64,000 bases of DNA, from the sequence record MW373745.1. One strand, given 5' to 3'. Of the stretch, positions 9,678 to 19,759 are shown piece by piece. Both the position numbers and the translations under genes were made by a program. The notes below the pieces were generated by a model that searched no databases, was not told where the DNA came from, and saw only the letters and a list, made by a program, of their open reading frames with translations. Positions within the stretch are counted from its first letter, which is position 1. Each line of letters starts with the position of its first letter.

Positions 9678-10346
9678 ATGATTTCTGCAATTGAATTATC
9701 TAATATTGCCGTCAACCCAAGTATTCAAACTATTCGTTTCTTTAAAGACTACGAAGAAACAAGTCCGGGTAAGTTCGAATTATCCGATGATTTTGATCTA
9801 AGTACTGAATTATTTTTTATAGATACTAAAGAATCTATTGATAATATTATTAAATTAATTATTTTGGATCCAGAATTAACACAAAGTGTAAAGTTTGGTT
9901 CAATTAAATATGATTTTATTATAAACAATAAAAATTTATATAGAAAAATTGTTATTGACTCAGGCTCTATTATTGACAAGTTTAGTACTATACCATTTGA
10001 ATATGGTTATGAAGAACCATCTAAGGATACACTAAAAGAATTCAATGAATTTATAGAATTAACTACACGCAATTATTTATTCAATACAAAGAACCCAAAG
10101 GGTATAATTATTACAAATACAAAAGATTTAAAATTCGATGAACTTAATGATTTTTTAAGAAATTCAGGATCGCAAACATTTTTCAATACCGATGCTAGAG
10201 ATTTTGATATTCTTAGACGCGAATCAACTATGGTAACTCCGGATAATATTTTCTTTAATCGTGAGGGTGAATTAGTTTGTGTTAATGATTTTATTGACCC
10301 ATTAAATGTTTTTAAACGTACTACAGCAATGCTGTTAGCATCTTAA
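9678..10346 (+). CDS. Hypothetical protein
   Basis: AAGGAG RBS; 222-aa ORF. Confidence 0.65.
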   Translation: MISAIELSNIAVNPSIQTIRFFKDYEETSPGKFELSDDFDLSTELFFIDTKESIDNIIKLIILDPELTQSVKFGSIKYDFIINNKNLYRKIVIDSGSIIDKFSTIPFEYGYEEPSKDTLKEFNEFIELTTRNYLFNTKNPKGIIITNTKDLKFDELNDFLRNSGSQTFFNTDARDFDILRRESTMVTPDNIFFNREGELVCVNDFIDPLNVFKRTTAMLLAS

Positions 10347-10385
10347 GTATTTTAGTATTTAGAATGTGCTAGCAGCTTAAAATGT

Positions 10386-10393
10386 TATAAATA
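10386..10393 (+). promoter_or_regulatory. T4-type late promoter TATAAATA
   Basis: Exact T4 late consensus just upstream of the gp5-like gene; AATAAATA variants precede other virion genes. Confidence 0.6.
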
Positions 10394-10409
10394 TACATAA
10401 AGGTACCTG

Positions 10410-11294
10410 ATGAATAAATCAGAATTTAGAATATATCGTGGTATTGTTGTTAATAATGATGACCCTAAAAAAGGAGGTAGAGTTCAAGTTCGTATATTTG
10501 AACTTCACGGAATGAGTGAAAATGCTACTCCTGGCCAATATCCAGTAACTTCTGGAGAAAAGGACACTAAATATAATCAAATACAGGAAAGTGATTTGCC
10601 TTGGGCAGAAGTTATGCAAAGTATTGATTATATTGGTTATTACCCAGCACCTTCAGATGGTTCTGATGAATATGCCAACAATATAGATGGTAAAGGTTCT
10701 AAATCTGGATACAAAACTATAACAAGATCTGGAAAATATCCAGGATTTGGTTATAACGTTATATTAACACCAGGAACTTGGGTATTTTGTGTTTTAGACA
10801 ATAATAACCCAAACTTACCTATTGTTATAGGCTGCATTGCAAGTGAAAACGAAATACACAAAAATACAAAACCTAAAAATACTAGAGTATATGATAGTAT
10901 TACAGGTCATTACGAAGAATGGAGTGACGAAGATGGTAATATTATTTTTCACCACAGAACTGGTACTACAATTACTATGAATAAAGATGGTGAAATGACT
11001 ATCAATACTGTAAAGAATAAAAAAGAATATACACAAGAAAATAATTTATTACATATCGATGGTGAACAAAATGAATACGTTAAAAAAGACGTTAATGAGA
11101 AATATGACGCTAACCACAATTTAAATGTTAAGTCAAACGAAAAGTTAGAGGTAGGTTCTGATAGAACACGTAAAGTAGGAGGTAATGAAAATGTAACAAT
11201 TTCTGGTAACCAGAATATAAATGTGTCCGGCAGCGAAACAATTTCAGCAGGACCTAGTATTACTATGTCTGCTGGAGTCATCAAGCTAAACTAA
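10410..11294 (+). CDS. Baseplate hub/spike, gp5/VgrG-like, without lysozyme domain
   Basis: YRGIVVNNDDP..GRVQVRIF, LPWA OB-fold; C-terminal VG...T..ISG beta-helix repeats. Confidence 0.85.
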   Translation: MNKSEFRIYRGIVVNNDDPKKGGRVQVRIFELHGMSENATPGQYPVTSGEKDTKYNQIQESDLPWAEVMQSIDYIGYYPAPSDGSDEYANNIDGKGSKSGYKTITRSGKYPGFGYNVILTPGTWVFCVLDNNNPNLPIVIGCIASENEIHKNTKPKNTRVYDSITGHYEEWSDEDGNIIFHHRTGTTITMNKDGEMTINTVKNKKEYTQENNLLHIDGEQNEYVKKDVNEKYDANHNLNVKSNEKLEVGSDRTRKVGGNENVTISGNQNINVSGSETISAGPSITMSAGVIKLN

Positions 11295-11323
11295 ACTAAA
11301 CTAAATTCAATGAAAGGAATTAA

Positions 11324-11749
11324 ATGAAAATATTCAAAAATATTAAGTTCTCATTTTATATAATACTAATAATATCAATTATTTGTGATATAGTGTCTTT
11401 AATTACAGCAGGTAAGGTTGTCGTAGAGCCAGCAACTTATGCTTTGATTTTAGTAGCTATTTGTATAGAAGAAGTTATATGCACTCGCAATAAAATTATA
11501 GAAGAAATTAAAGGTATTGACGTTCATATTAAATTAAATGATTATTTAATATCTACTAGTAATGCCAAAACTAGATATTTAAATACAAAGTCTGAAACCG
11601 AAGCCGGGATAACTAAAACTAAAACTAAAGTCAAAGATGTTAAAACTGAGTCTAAAGCTAAAGAAAGTAAGTCTAAAGCATCAAAAGCTAAAACTAAATC
11701 TAAAACTGATAAAGAGATATTAAAAGATATGTTAAACGGAGCTAAATAA
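11324..11749 (+). CDS. Hypothetical membrane protein with Lys-rich tail
   Basis: Two hydrophobic N-terminal segments and KTKS-rich C-terminus; stop overlaps the PAAR start. Confidence 0.6.
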   Translation: MKIFKNIKFSFYIILIISIICDIVSLITAGKVVVEPATYALILVAICIEEVICTRNKIIEEIKGIDVHIKLNDYLISTSNAKTRYLNTKSETEAGITKTKTKVKDVKTESKAKESKSKASKAKTKSKTDKEILKDMLNGAK

Positions 11750-12042
11750 TGCCTCCTTTAACTAGAGTTGGTGTTGATTTTAGTACAGGGCATTCTTCGT
11801 TTCCGCCTAATACAATTTCGAGTGGTTCTACGAATGTCTTGACTAATTCAATTAGTACAGTTAGACAAGGTGATCCTATGATACCACACCCAAGTCCTAG
11901 CCCGTCACCACCACACGGTGGAAGCATTGTTACAGGTTCTGGTACTGTTATGGTCAATTCAAAACCTGCTTGTAGAATAGGTGATGCCATTAGTTGTGGG
12001 CAAGCTGTAGCGCAAGGATCTGGAAATGTTATTTGTGGATAA
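11749..12042 (+). CDS. PAAR-repeat spike tip (gp5.4-like)
   Basis: TGH, V.TN, RQGD..IPH, HGG, PACRIGD.ISCG, GS.NV. Confidence 0.9.
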   Translation: MPPLTRVGVDFSTGHSSFPPNTISSGSTNVLTNSISTVRQGDPMIPHPSPSPSPPHGGSIVTGSGTVMVNSKPACRIGDAISCGQAVAQGSGNVICG

Positions 12043-12066
12043 AAATTTCTAATTAAGGAGTAATAT

Positions 12067-12318
12067 ATGTATTTTATTTCTTTTAGTGAAAGTATAAGCA
12101 AAGATGTTGAATTAACGTTATTTGATAATAATTTTCAACGTATTGCTAATAATTTTTATATAAACACTTCTCCTAAAAGTATGGCCGATACATATAACTT
12201 CCTTTCTGAAAATTATTTTGAAAATGTAAAAATATATTATGGTAGACTTGGAGATCTTTCAGTTTGTGAAGATGGTAATCTTAAATTTTTAGAAGTTGAT
12301 AATATATCAAAGTTCTAA
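12067..12318 (+). CDS. Hypothetical protein
   Basis: AAGGAG RBS. Confidence 0.6.
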   Translation: MYFISFSESISKDVELTLFDNNFQRIANNFYINTSPKSMADTYNFLSENYFENVKIYYGRLGDLSVCEDGNLKFLEVDNISKF

Positions 12319-12367
12319 CCTATGCTTGTTATACTAAAAAGGCTGAAAATACTAGACTTATAAAGCT

Positions 12368-13156
12368 ATGAATACGAATGCTATTTTAATAGGACCTTGC
12401 AAATCGAGAATCCCCATAGATGGGTCACTTTCGAATGCTTTTGAATATTTTTATTTCTCTTGGTTATATAATAAAAATATTATTCTTATAATAGATACTA
12501 CTTTTGAATCTCTTGAGATTGTTAAAAAATATCTTGAAATTAAATATAATATTAATAAAGATTGTTTTAAGAATATTATAATATTTAAAAAATGTTTTAT
12601 GTCTATCAATAATTTAATTTTATTTGAAATGTACTGTATAGATCATTTCGATAGATATAAACCATTTTTAAAATGCAAGAATTTATATGCTTTAAGTGGC
12701 TCAAAAAATCATACACTCGAGTGTAATTATTTTGTGGAATACGAGCATTTAAAACCTGTCGGTAAATCAGTTAATTATAGAAGTAAAATATTTTTTGAGA
12801 TATTGAATAAACCTAGATTTCAAAAGAATCAAAAATTTATTAATACCAGAGCAAAATACATTAAAAAAGAATCTGAAATAACTAGAAGTGATTTAAATAT
12901 TATGTCTAATATATTCGAACAATTTAATGAAATGTTATATATACAAGATCCTGTATTTTTTGATGTAAAACCTAGATTATTTCAAGAATGTCAATATTTT
13001 GGTGTCCCTTATGAGTTTGTTGAACATAAAGATTGTTTTGATGGTGCTAATTTGAGAGCATTTGACTATGATTTAGAATCCAGATTTATGAGCCTTGAAG
13101 ACCCTATAATATCATTATTAGTGGATTCCAATAGTGCTGGTAATGTTAGTTCATAA
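12368..13156 (+). CDS. Hypothetical protein, possible glycosyltransferase-like; paralog of 47755-48534
   Basis: Shares GS...AFEYFY and PR.F.EC.Y.G motifs with 47755. Confidence 0.5.
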   Translation: MNTNAILIGPCKSRIPIDGSLSNAFEYFYFSWLYNKNIILIIDTTFESLEIVKKYLEIKYNINKDCFKNIIIFKKCFMSINNLILFEMYCIDHFDRYKPFLKCKNLYALSGSKNHTLECNYFVEYEHLKPVGKSVNYRSKIFFEILNKPRFQKNQKFINTRAKYIKKESEITRSDLNIMSNIFEQFNEMLYIQDPVFFDVKPRLFQECQYFGVPYEFVEHKDCFDGANLRAFDYDLESRFMSLEDPIISLLVDSNSAGNVSS

Positions 13157-13174
13157 ATATATCAAAGGAGTTTA

Positions 13175-13498
13175 ATGAAACTTATAGATTGTTTTAAAGA
13201 TAATAATGATTCTGCTTATATTTTTAAAGGTTTTATATATTATTATATTTTTAAATATAGAATACAAATGCTTCAAGGTAAAAGCTATATTATCATAACT
13301 TGTTATCGTGGTAAAGATAATGAATACGTAGCTATAAAACCAAAAAAATTCAAAAAAATTATTAATAAATTAATGGAAGAAAAACAAGCAGATATATTCG
13401 TGATGGAAGGAACTATTAAATTAAACTCAGTGAATTCTAAAAATTTTAGATTTACTTTAGATTCTGGAATGTATTTGTATATAAGAAATAAATCCTAG
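13175..13498 (+). CDS. Hypothetical protein
   Basis: AAGGAG RBS. Confidence 0.6.
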   Translation: MKLIDCFKDNNDSAYIFKGFIYYYIFKYRIQMLQGKSYIIITCYRGKDNEYVAIKPKKFKKIINKLMEEKQADIFVMEGTIKLNSVNSKNFRFTLDSGMYLYIRNKS

Positions 13499-13647
13499 AT
13501 TAATCTGGGTACGAAAGTACTCAAGATTTTCAAATTACGAACCGTATTCGCATTTGCTAATCGTAAGCTAATTAACGACTTATTTTATGTTTTACATTTT
13601 TTTTTGATTTTATCACAATTTCTACTTCTTTTAATAAGGATTTTAAA

Positions 13648-13875
13648 ATGAATTTAAAAAGTCGAATTTGTAGAATTTTTAATGAATCTGTTTTTGAAAA
13701 GATTTTGGTACTATTTTGTTTGAATGTATTCTTTTTGTGTATAACTATGTTTATGACATTTTTATATTTAAGTGTATTTTTATATTTAAGTGTTGTTATA
13801 GGCTCACCTATGATTGCTTTGCTATTATGCATAGTTTTTGCAATTGCATCATTTTTTGTTATTTCGATGATATAG
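13648..13875 (+). CDS. Small membrane protein, tandem paralog A
   Basis: AAGGA RBS; MNLKSRIC start; two hydrophobic segments. Confidence 0.65.
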   Translation: MNLKSRICRIFNESVFEKILVLFCLNVFFLCITMFMTFLYLSVFLYLSVVIGSPMIALLLCIVFAIASFFVISMI

Positions 13876-13933
13876 TTTAATAAACTTTTAAGTTATTTCT
13901 TTATATAATATAATTTTAATAAAGGATTTTAGA

Positions 13934-14167
13934 ATGAATTTAAAAAGTCGAATTTGTAATATTTTCAGTGAGTTTTCTTTTGAGAAGTTAATAGAAAGAT
14001 TTTTTACGGGGTTATTTGTTTTGCTTATAGCTATATTTGTAGTTGTTTTATATACGTTTATGTTCTCGTATTTAGTCAGTGTCATAGGTTCTATAACTAT
14101 TGCTATATTATTGTGTGTAGTTTTTACAATTATAGTGTTGTTTTTAGGATCACTCTTAGCTGTATAA
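13934..14167 (+). CDS. Small membrane protein, tandem paralog B
   Basis: Near-identical start and RBS to 13648; TATAAT promoter upstream. Confidence 0.65.
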   Translation: MNLKSRICNIFSEFSFEKLIERFFTGLFVLLIAIFVVVLYTFMFSYLVSVIGSITIAILLCVVFTIIVLFLGSLLAV

Positions 14168-14203
14168 TATATAAATAAATTAAAGTTGTTTATATAATAT
14201 TGA

Positions 14204-15148
14204 ATGTTTATAATAGGTCAAAATTTGTTTAAAACACTAGAAGTTAAAAATTATAATAATAATCCAGATTTGAAAATAACGTTAAAACCTACTTATAAAT
14301 GTAACCAAATGTGTTCGTTTTGTTGTGAATACGACAATACATTCCCGGAATGGGATAGATCGACCATTACACGACTCGTAGATAAATTAAAAGATACCCC
14401 AGATAGATTTCAAAAAATATTTGTGTACTATTATGGGGGTGAACCCACATTGTTTAAACACCTTGAAGAACTTACCGAAAATCTTTTTGAAGTTTACAAA
14501 GATAGAGATTTGTTTATACAATGTCAAACAAACTTAAGTATAGATAAAAATAGACTTTATAATTTTAAATATAATAATTTTGAGTTTTGTTCCTCTTATC
14601 ATATGAATAAACAAAAAGTTGAAGATTTTATTGAAAAACTTAATATATTAAAAGAATTAAATATATTAGGTTATTGTTTTATGAATACGTATTTAGATCA
14701 AGAACAACAATTCATAAAAGAATTTAATGCTTTAGCGCAAGCAATACCTGATAAATTAAAAATGAGATTTACAGTAGATAATGCTAACCCAGGTTCAAAA
14801 CATATGAATTATGAAAAACTAATAAAAACTTATCCATTTTTAAATAATTATTTGGAAACACAATTTACATTTTTAATAGATTCTAAAGAAGTTATTTACG
14901 ATAAAGCATATAACGAAGGATTATATAAACAATGTAGATTTTGTAAATGTGAAGTTGGATCTAAAAGCTTGGTTATCAATTATGATGAATTGTGTTACCA
15001 TTGTGATGATGAATCTAATAAATTTAATAATAAAGAAATAAAAGGTTTACCTTTAAAAGACTTAGATTTAAATAATTTTTTTGTACCTTATAAAATTTGT
15101 AGAGTTAAGCAGTGCCATAGAGGGCTTGAATTTAAAAAGTGGAGATGA
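14204..15148 (+). CDS. Radical SAM protein
   Basis: CNQMCSFC (CxxxCxxC), GGEPTL, QTN; Cys-rich C-terminus. Confidence 0.9.
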   Translation: MFIIGQNLFKTLEVKNYNNNPDLKITLKPTYKCNQMCSFCCEYDNTFPEWDRSTITRLVDKLKDTPDRFQKIFVYYYGGEPTLFKHLEELTENLFEVYKDRDLFIQCQTNLSIDKNRLYNFKYNNFEFCSSYHMNKQKVEDFIEKLNILKELNILGYCFMNTYLDQEQQFIKEFNALAQAIPDKLKMRFTVDNANPGSKHMNYEKLIKTYPFLNNYLETQFTFLIDSKEVIYDKAYNEGLYKQCRFCKCEVGSKSLVINYDELCYHCDDESNKFNNKEIKGLPLKDLDLNNFFVPYKICRVKQCHRGLEFKKWR

Positions 15149-15149
15149 G

Positions 15150-15731
15150 ATGATCGAAATTTTTTGCACAACCAAATGTAATTGGAATTGCTATTATTGT
15201 TGTGAAAATATACATAATTCTAAAAAAACACCTAATTATGAAGATATTATATTAAAAGTTAAACAAAATTTGGATAACCCTATTATATTAAGTGGTGGTG
15301 AACCTGGTCTGATACCAGAAAATATAATTAAAACTATATTCAGTATACATAGTGATGTTTCTGTTAATACGAATGGAACATTTATAAAAAAATATAAAAA
15401 TTTTGTAGATAAAGCAACTAAAATTTATTACCATTGTACTGTAGATTTGGAACCCATTGAAAATACATACACTGAGAATAACATAGAATATTTAGTTATC
15501 GTAACTGATGATAACATTCATAAATTAGATAATTTTTTAAAAACTTATAATTATATATATTTTGATGTTATACCCTGTAATATACCACAAGATATTAAAT
15601 ATTATAAAAATTTATCATTAGAAAATATAAAATTATTGAAACAAATTATTAAAAATAATAAAAATGTTTATAAAAAATCTTTATTGTATTTAATGAATAA
15701 AAATAGATATAATATAAAAAAATTTATATAG
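15150..15731 (+). CDS. Radical SAM protein (short)
   Basis: CNWNCYYC, SGGEPGL, NTNG; start placed at the ATG after GGAG (ORF track begins at 15081). Confidence 0.85.
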   Translation: MIEIFCTTKCNWNCYYCCENIHNSKKTPNYEDIILKVKQNLDNPIILSGGEPGLIPENIIKTIFSIHSDVSVNTNGTFIKKYKNFVDKATKIYYHCTVDLEPIENTYTENNIEYLVIVTDDNIHKLDNFLKTYNYIYFDVIPCNIPQDIKYYKNLSLENIKLLKQIIKNNKNVYKKSLLYLMNKNRYNIKKFI

Positions 15732-15740
15732 GATTTAGCT

Positions 15741-16712
15741 TTGATTGATGTTAATTGTCACACAACTTTTGGTGACCTTAAAACAGTAATTGTCGGCATA
15801 GAAACAAGTAAATTAGTAAGAGATTTAACATCTATTGGTGCTAACTTCTATGGTATTAAATCTAAGCTAATAACACACCCATTAAATAGAGTGTTAAAAC
15901 GTATAGAACAATTAGATTCATTAAGTTTAATCTTAGAACAAAATGGCATAGAAGTATTGAGACCAGATTATATAAATGATGATATAATTCCTTCAAATGT
16001 TAGAGATATATTATTCTGCTTTGGTGATACTCTTTATAAAATGGCTTTGCCATTAAAATACAGAGTAAATGAATTTAAATGTCTTGAAAATATTTTTAAA
16101 AATATAAACAAAATTGTAGAATTTAAGCAAATACAAAATGAACCATCTGTAGAATCTTTAAATTATATAATAAAAGAAAATAACAAGGTTGAAGCTTGTA
16201 TGGATGGTGCTAACATAATACCTTTAGGTAAAGACTGGATAGTTAATGTAGCATCAGATTCTCAATACAATATGTTTTTAGAATTAAAAAAAATTAATCC
16301 AGATATTAATATGCATATAGTTACTATGGATACTAGTCATTTAGATGGTTCTTTTAGAATAGTTAGACCGGGGTTAATATTTGTAAAAGATTTATCTTAT
16401 ATCACTAATAGGATACCGAAAATATTTAAGAACTGGGAAATAGTTAAAATTGAACATATAAAAGGTCATCGTAAGGATGGTGTTTGTCTTTGTTCTGAAA
16501 TGGGTATGAATCTTAATTTTTTAATGTTGTCTACAAATAAATGTATAATATCAAAAAGTAACAATTCGTATAATAAAGTTAAAATAGAATTAGAAAAACG
16601 TGGTATAGAAACTATAGAAGTTGACTTAGAAGATTCTGAGTTTTTTGGCGGTGGTATACATTGTTCTACTTTAGACTTGAATAGAGCGGATGAATTAATA
16701 AAATATGTGTAA
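15741..16712 (+). CDS. Amidinotransferase (glycine/inosamine-phosphate amidinotransferase family)
   Basis: N-terminal VN.H..F..LK.VIVG, RD, MDG, H.DG and C-terminal GGGIHCST catalytic motifs. Confidence 0.85.
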   Translation: MIDVNCHTTFGDLKTVIVGIETSKLVRDLTSIGANFYGIKSKLITHPLNRVLKRIEQLDSLSLILEQNGIEVLRPDYINDDIIPSNVRDILFCFGDTLYKMALPLKYRVNEFKCLENIFKNINKIVEFKQIQNEPSVESLNYIIKENNKVEACMDGANIIPLGKDWIVNVASDSQYNMFLELKKINPDINMHIVTMDTSHLDGSFRIVRPGLIFVKDLSYITNRIPKIFKNWEIVKIEHIKGHRKDGVCLCSEMGMNLNFLMLSTNKCIISKSNNSYNKVKIELEKRGIETIEVDLEDSEFFGGGIHCSTLDLNRADELIKYV

Positions 16713-17505
16713 AGTCATAGTTTTAAATTTAATAGATTATTGTGGTTTTAATTGTGAATATTGTTCATCAAGTCAAGTTAAAAAAGTGAATTCAAACCCT
16801 CTAACTAAACTTAATTTTTTAATGTTGATAAAGCAAATTGAAAAAAGTCTAAGTCGTTTTATAATAAAAGTTACTGGTGGGGAGCCTACTTTACACCCTA
16901 ATTTTTTAGAATTTATTGAAAAATTAAATAACGTTAAAAATATACAGCGGGTGATAATAACTACTAATGGTAGTTGTAATAATTTAGAAAAATTAAATAA
17001 TTATAAAAAAGTACATACCATTATTAGTTACCATCCTAATCAGATTGATGAAGATAGTTTTATAAACATAATAAATAAACAAACAATAAAACAACTATAT
17101 GTAGCGTTACCAGTTTTAGGTTACCCTACAAAAATAATTGATTTTCTCAGTACAAATAATTATCATTTTTTTCTAATTTTTTTAACGGATAAAAAAGGAT
17201 TGAAAGTTCCTGTTGAAGAAAAATGTTTTAATTTTTTTGAACAAATCTTCTTAAACAATAAAAATATTTTAACCAATAGATTTAATCTAACTAGGGATGA
17301 ACAATATTTTAATATTTTTAAAAATAATCTGAATAAATCACTGGGTTGTCTATGCAACCCCAAATTGATATATTATGATAATGGCATATTTACGTCTAAA
17401 TGTCGTAACTTAAAATCTAATAAATTAGAAACAATGTTCGGTGTTGATATAAATTGTAAAAAAATAGCTTGTGAAGATTATGAAATAATGGAGTACCGCA
17501 AATGA
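16705..17505 (+). CDS. Radical SAM protein
   Basis: CGFNCEYC, TGGEPTLHP, TTNG, SYHP. Confidence 0.9.
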   Translation: MCKVIVLNLIDYCGFNCEYCSSSQVKKVNSNPLTKLNFLMLIKQIEKSLSRFIIKVTGGEPTLHPNFLEFIEKLNNVKNIQRVIITTNGSCNNLEKLNNYKKVHTIISYHPNQIDEDSFINIINKQTIKQLYVALPVLGYPTKIIDFLSTNNYHFFLIFLTDKKGLKVPVEEKCFNFFEQIFLNNKNILTNRFNLTRDEQYFNIFKNNLNKSLGCLCNPKLIYYDNGIFTSKCRNLKSNKLETMFGVDINCKKIACEDYEIMEYRK

Positions 17506-18302
17506 AATTGGTAAGAGGTTTTGAAGAAGTTTTACCTATAATTAGCATAAACGTCACAGACGCTTGTAATTTCAATTGTTCATATTGTATTGGTTATCAC
17601 AATAATATTAATAAATCTAAATTTATAAAAATATCAACTTTGATGTTATTTTTAAAAAAACATATCCACAGACCAGTTAATATACAATTAGTTGGTGGGG
17701 AGCCTACTTTACACCCCAAATTGAATAAAATTGTGGAAATACTAGTGCATAATAATTATATAAATCAGATTGCTCTCATAACAAATTTAACAGCACCTCT
17801 ACATTCATATAATTTTAACAATAGCAAAGTTTTTATAGTTGCATCCTACCACGGCAAAAACTTTTTTAAATTTATTTTAAAATATTATAAAATTAAGACT
17901 CGTAAAATAATATCACTTAACACGGTAAAACTCAAACTTGTAGAAAATGTTGTAGCGTTGTTCGATAAACATAATATTAACTATTTTATAAATCCTATAC
18001 ACGATTGTAATGGAGTGCCATTGGATAGTATTGCAAAAAAACATAGCAAAATTTTATATATGTTTGATTGGAATCTCAAATACAAAACACACGACAATAT
18101 TTTGGATGATAATTTTGAAATATTACGACTAAATACCAAAGATATAAAATGCAAACCTTTAAATTTTTTATTAGATATTGATGGCACTTTTATGAATGAT
18201 TGTTTTAAGCATATTAAAAATATAGATGATAATATTGTAGTAACCTGCCCACATAAAAATTGTAAATGTTTAGAACTATGTTGGTATCCAAAATATGAGT
18301 AA
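17502..18302 (+). CDS. Radical SAM protein
   Basis: CNFNCSYC, GGEPTLHP, ITN, SYH; C-terminal Cys cluster. Confidence 0.9.
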   Translation: MKLVRGFEEVLPIISINVTDACNFNCSYCIGYHNNINKSKFIKISTLMLFLKKHIHRPVNIQLVGGEPTLHPKLNKIVEILVHNNYINQIALITNLTAPLHSYNFNNSKVFIVASYHGKNFFKFILKYYKIKTRKIISLNTVKLKLVENVVALFDKHNINYFINPIHDCNGVPLDSIAKKHSKILYMFDWNLKYKTHDNILDDNFEILRLNTKDIKCKPLNFLLDIDGTFMNDCFKHIKNIDDNIVVTCPHKNCKCLELCWYPKYE

Positions 18303-18927
18303 CATTTTAAATTTCTCAGAACTTGAGAATATTGAAAGAAATATTGTTTTTTTTAATGTTTACGATTATTGTGGTGTAAAAGGTATTCTTAAATACTTAA
18401 ATTTTCGCAATCATAATGTATATACATATAGTTATGATGATTTGAACCAATCATTTTATAATAATGTATTTGATACTAAGTTTAATTTAAAAAAGTTTAA
18501 AAAATACTATAATATTTTAAAAAATTTACAAGCAAAAAATGATTTGTGGTTAAAAGGATTGGCTGAGAAGCGTGGCAAATACGAAGTATTAAAATTTGAC
18601 ATAAAATATTTTAATTATTTTGATGATGACTGGTTAAAAATATGTGTGTGGCGCGACCCTGTGATAGCAATATCTTTAAACTTTTTTACAGCTGAGAGTG
18701 ACGATCAATATAACATAAATATAATTAAAAAATTTAAGAAGTTTATGGTTGATATCAATGAATACGCAAATGTTATTTGTTATGATGATTTTTTAAATCA
18801 TCTTGGTATAGACAAATATACAGACATTGATAAAAGTGTGGTGACCAGAGAAGCTTTAAACTACTCTATAAATTTATGTAAACAATATTTAAATTTGAAT
18901 TATGAGGTTTATAATGAATTACTTTAA
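18295..18927 (+). CDS. Hypothetical protein, weakly sulfotransferase-like
   Basis: WRDP...S and ICYDDF resemble sulfotransferase-fold motifs. Confidence 0.35.
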   Translation: MSNILNFSELENIERNIVFFNVYDYCGVKGILKYLNFRNHNVYTYSYDDLNQSFYNNVFDTKFNLKKFKKYYNILKNLQAKNDLWLKGLAEKRGKYEVLKFDIKYFNYFDDDWLKICVWRDPVIAISLNFFTAESDDQYNINIIKKFKKFMVDINEYANVICYDDFLNHLGIDKYTDIDKSVVTREALNYSINLCKQYLNLNYEVYNELL

Positions 18928-19759
18928 TGTGAATAATTATTTAGAAATGAGAGAATCTTTACACAAAGAATCAAAAAATTTTGAAGAAATAGAAATTAAT
19001 ATATCACGTAAGTGCAACCGAACTTGTACAATATGTCCACACAGTAATGTTGAATATCAAAAATTTTTAAACAATTTTAATAATTTATTTATGGATAAAT
19101 TAATTTTTAAACGTATAGTAGATGAAATATCAAACATAAAAGATTTCAGTTTTAATATCGATATCATAGGCAGTGGTGAGCCTACATTACACCCTAATTT
19201 TTTAGAATTTATTGAATATATATTAAAAAAAACTACAAATTATATAAGAATTACAACCAATGGTGATAAATTACTAAAAGATTTTGATTTTCGTAAAAAA
19301 TTATACAACTTAATTGAAAATCAAAATGTAATATTAAACATTTCAGTTTATGATTCTAAACAAGTTGAAAAATATACTGGACTAAAAACATTAGAAAATG
19401 TTGTAATAAAGGATATGTTTTTAGACAAAAGTATCAATTTAAAGGATAAGCATATAAACAACCGCGCTGGTAGTGTAGATAATTCATACATAACCAGAGT
19501 AAACAAAACAACTTGTAACTACCCCTTTTATGCGTTATATGTAGATATCGATGGTGATATACAATATTGTCCACACGATTGGGAAAAACGTTTAGTGTTT
19601 GCTAATATAAAGGATATGAGCTTATTAAAAGCCTGGTCTATCGAAACTAAACACAGGTCGCTGATGTTAGCTCACAAACGCAGCGAGATTTATCCTTGTT
19701 ATAAATGTTCAGTAGATGGATGTAAAATAGGCAATAAAAAAAGGAAAATGTTTGAATAA
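18914..19759 (+). CDS. Radical SAM protein with SPASM/twitch-like C-terminus
   Basis: CNRTCTIC, GSGEPTLHP, TTNG, NRAG, CNYPF...DGDIQYC...PCYKC. Confidence 0.9.
   Translation: MNYFNVNNYLEMRESLHKESKNFEEIEINISRKCNRTCTICPHSNVEYQKFLNNFNNLFMDKLIFKRIVDEISNIKDFSFNIDIIGSGEPTLHPNFLEFIEYILKKTTNYIRITTNGDKLLKDFDFRKKLYNLIENQNVILNISVYDSKQVEKYTGLKTLENVVIKDMFLDKSINLKDKHINNRAGSVDNSYITRVNKTTCNYPFYALYVDIDGDIQYCPHDWEKRLVFANIKDMSLLKAWSIETKHRSLMLAHKRSEIYPCYKCSVDGCKIGNKKRKMFE

Noticed and set aside
15150-15731. Calling this short radical-SAM protein QueE
   Set aside because: It lacks the F.R..GC..C..CDT pattern I associate with QueE and sits within the separate cluster; unresolved without an HMM
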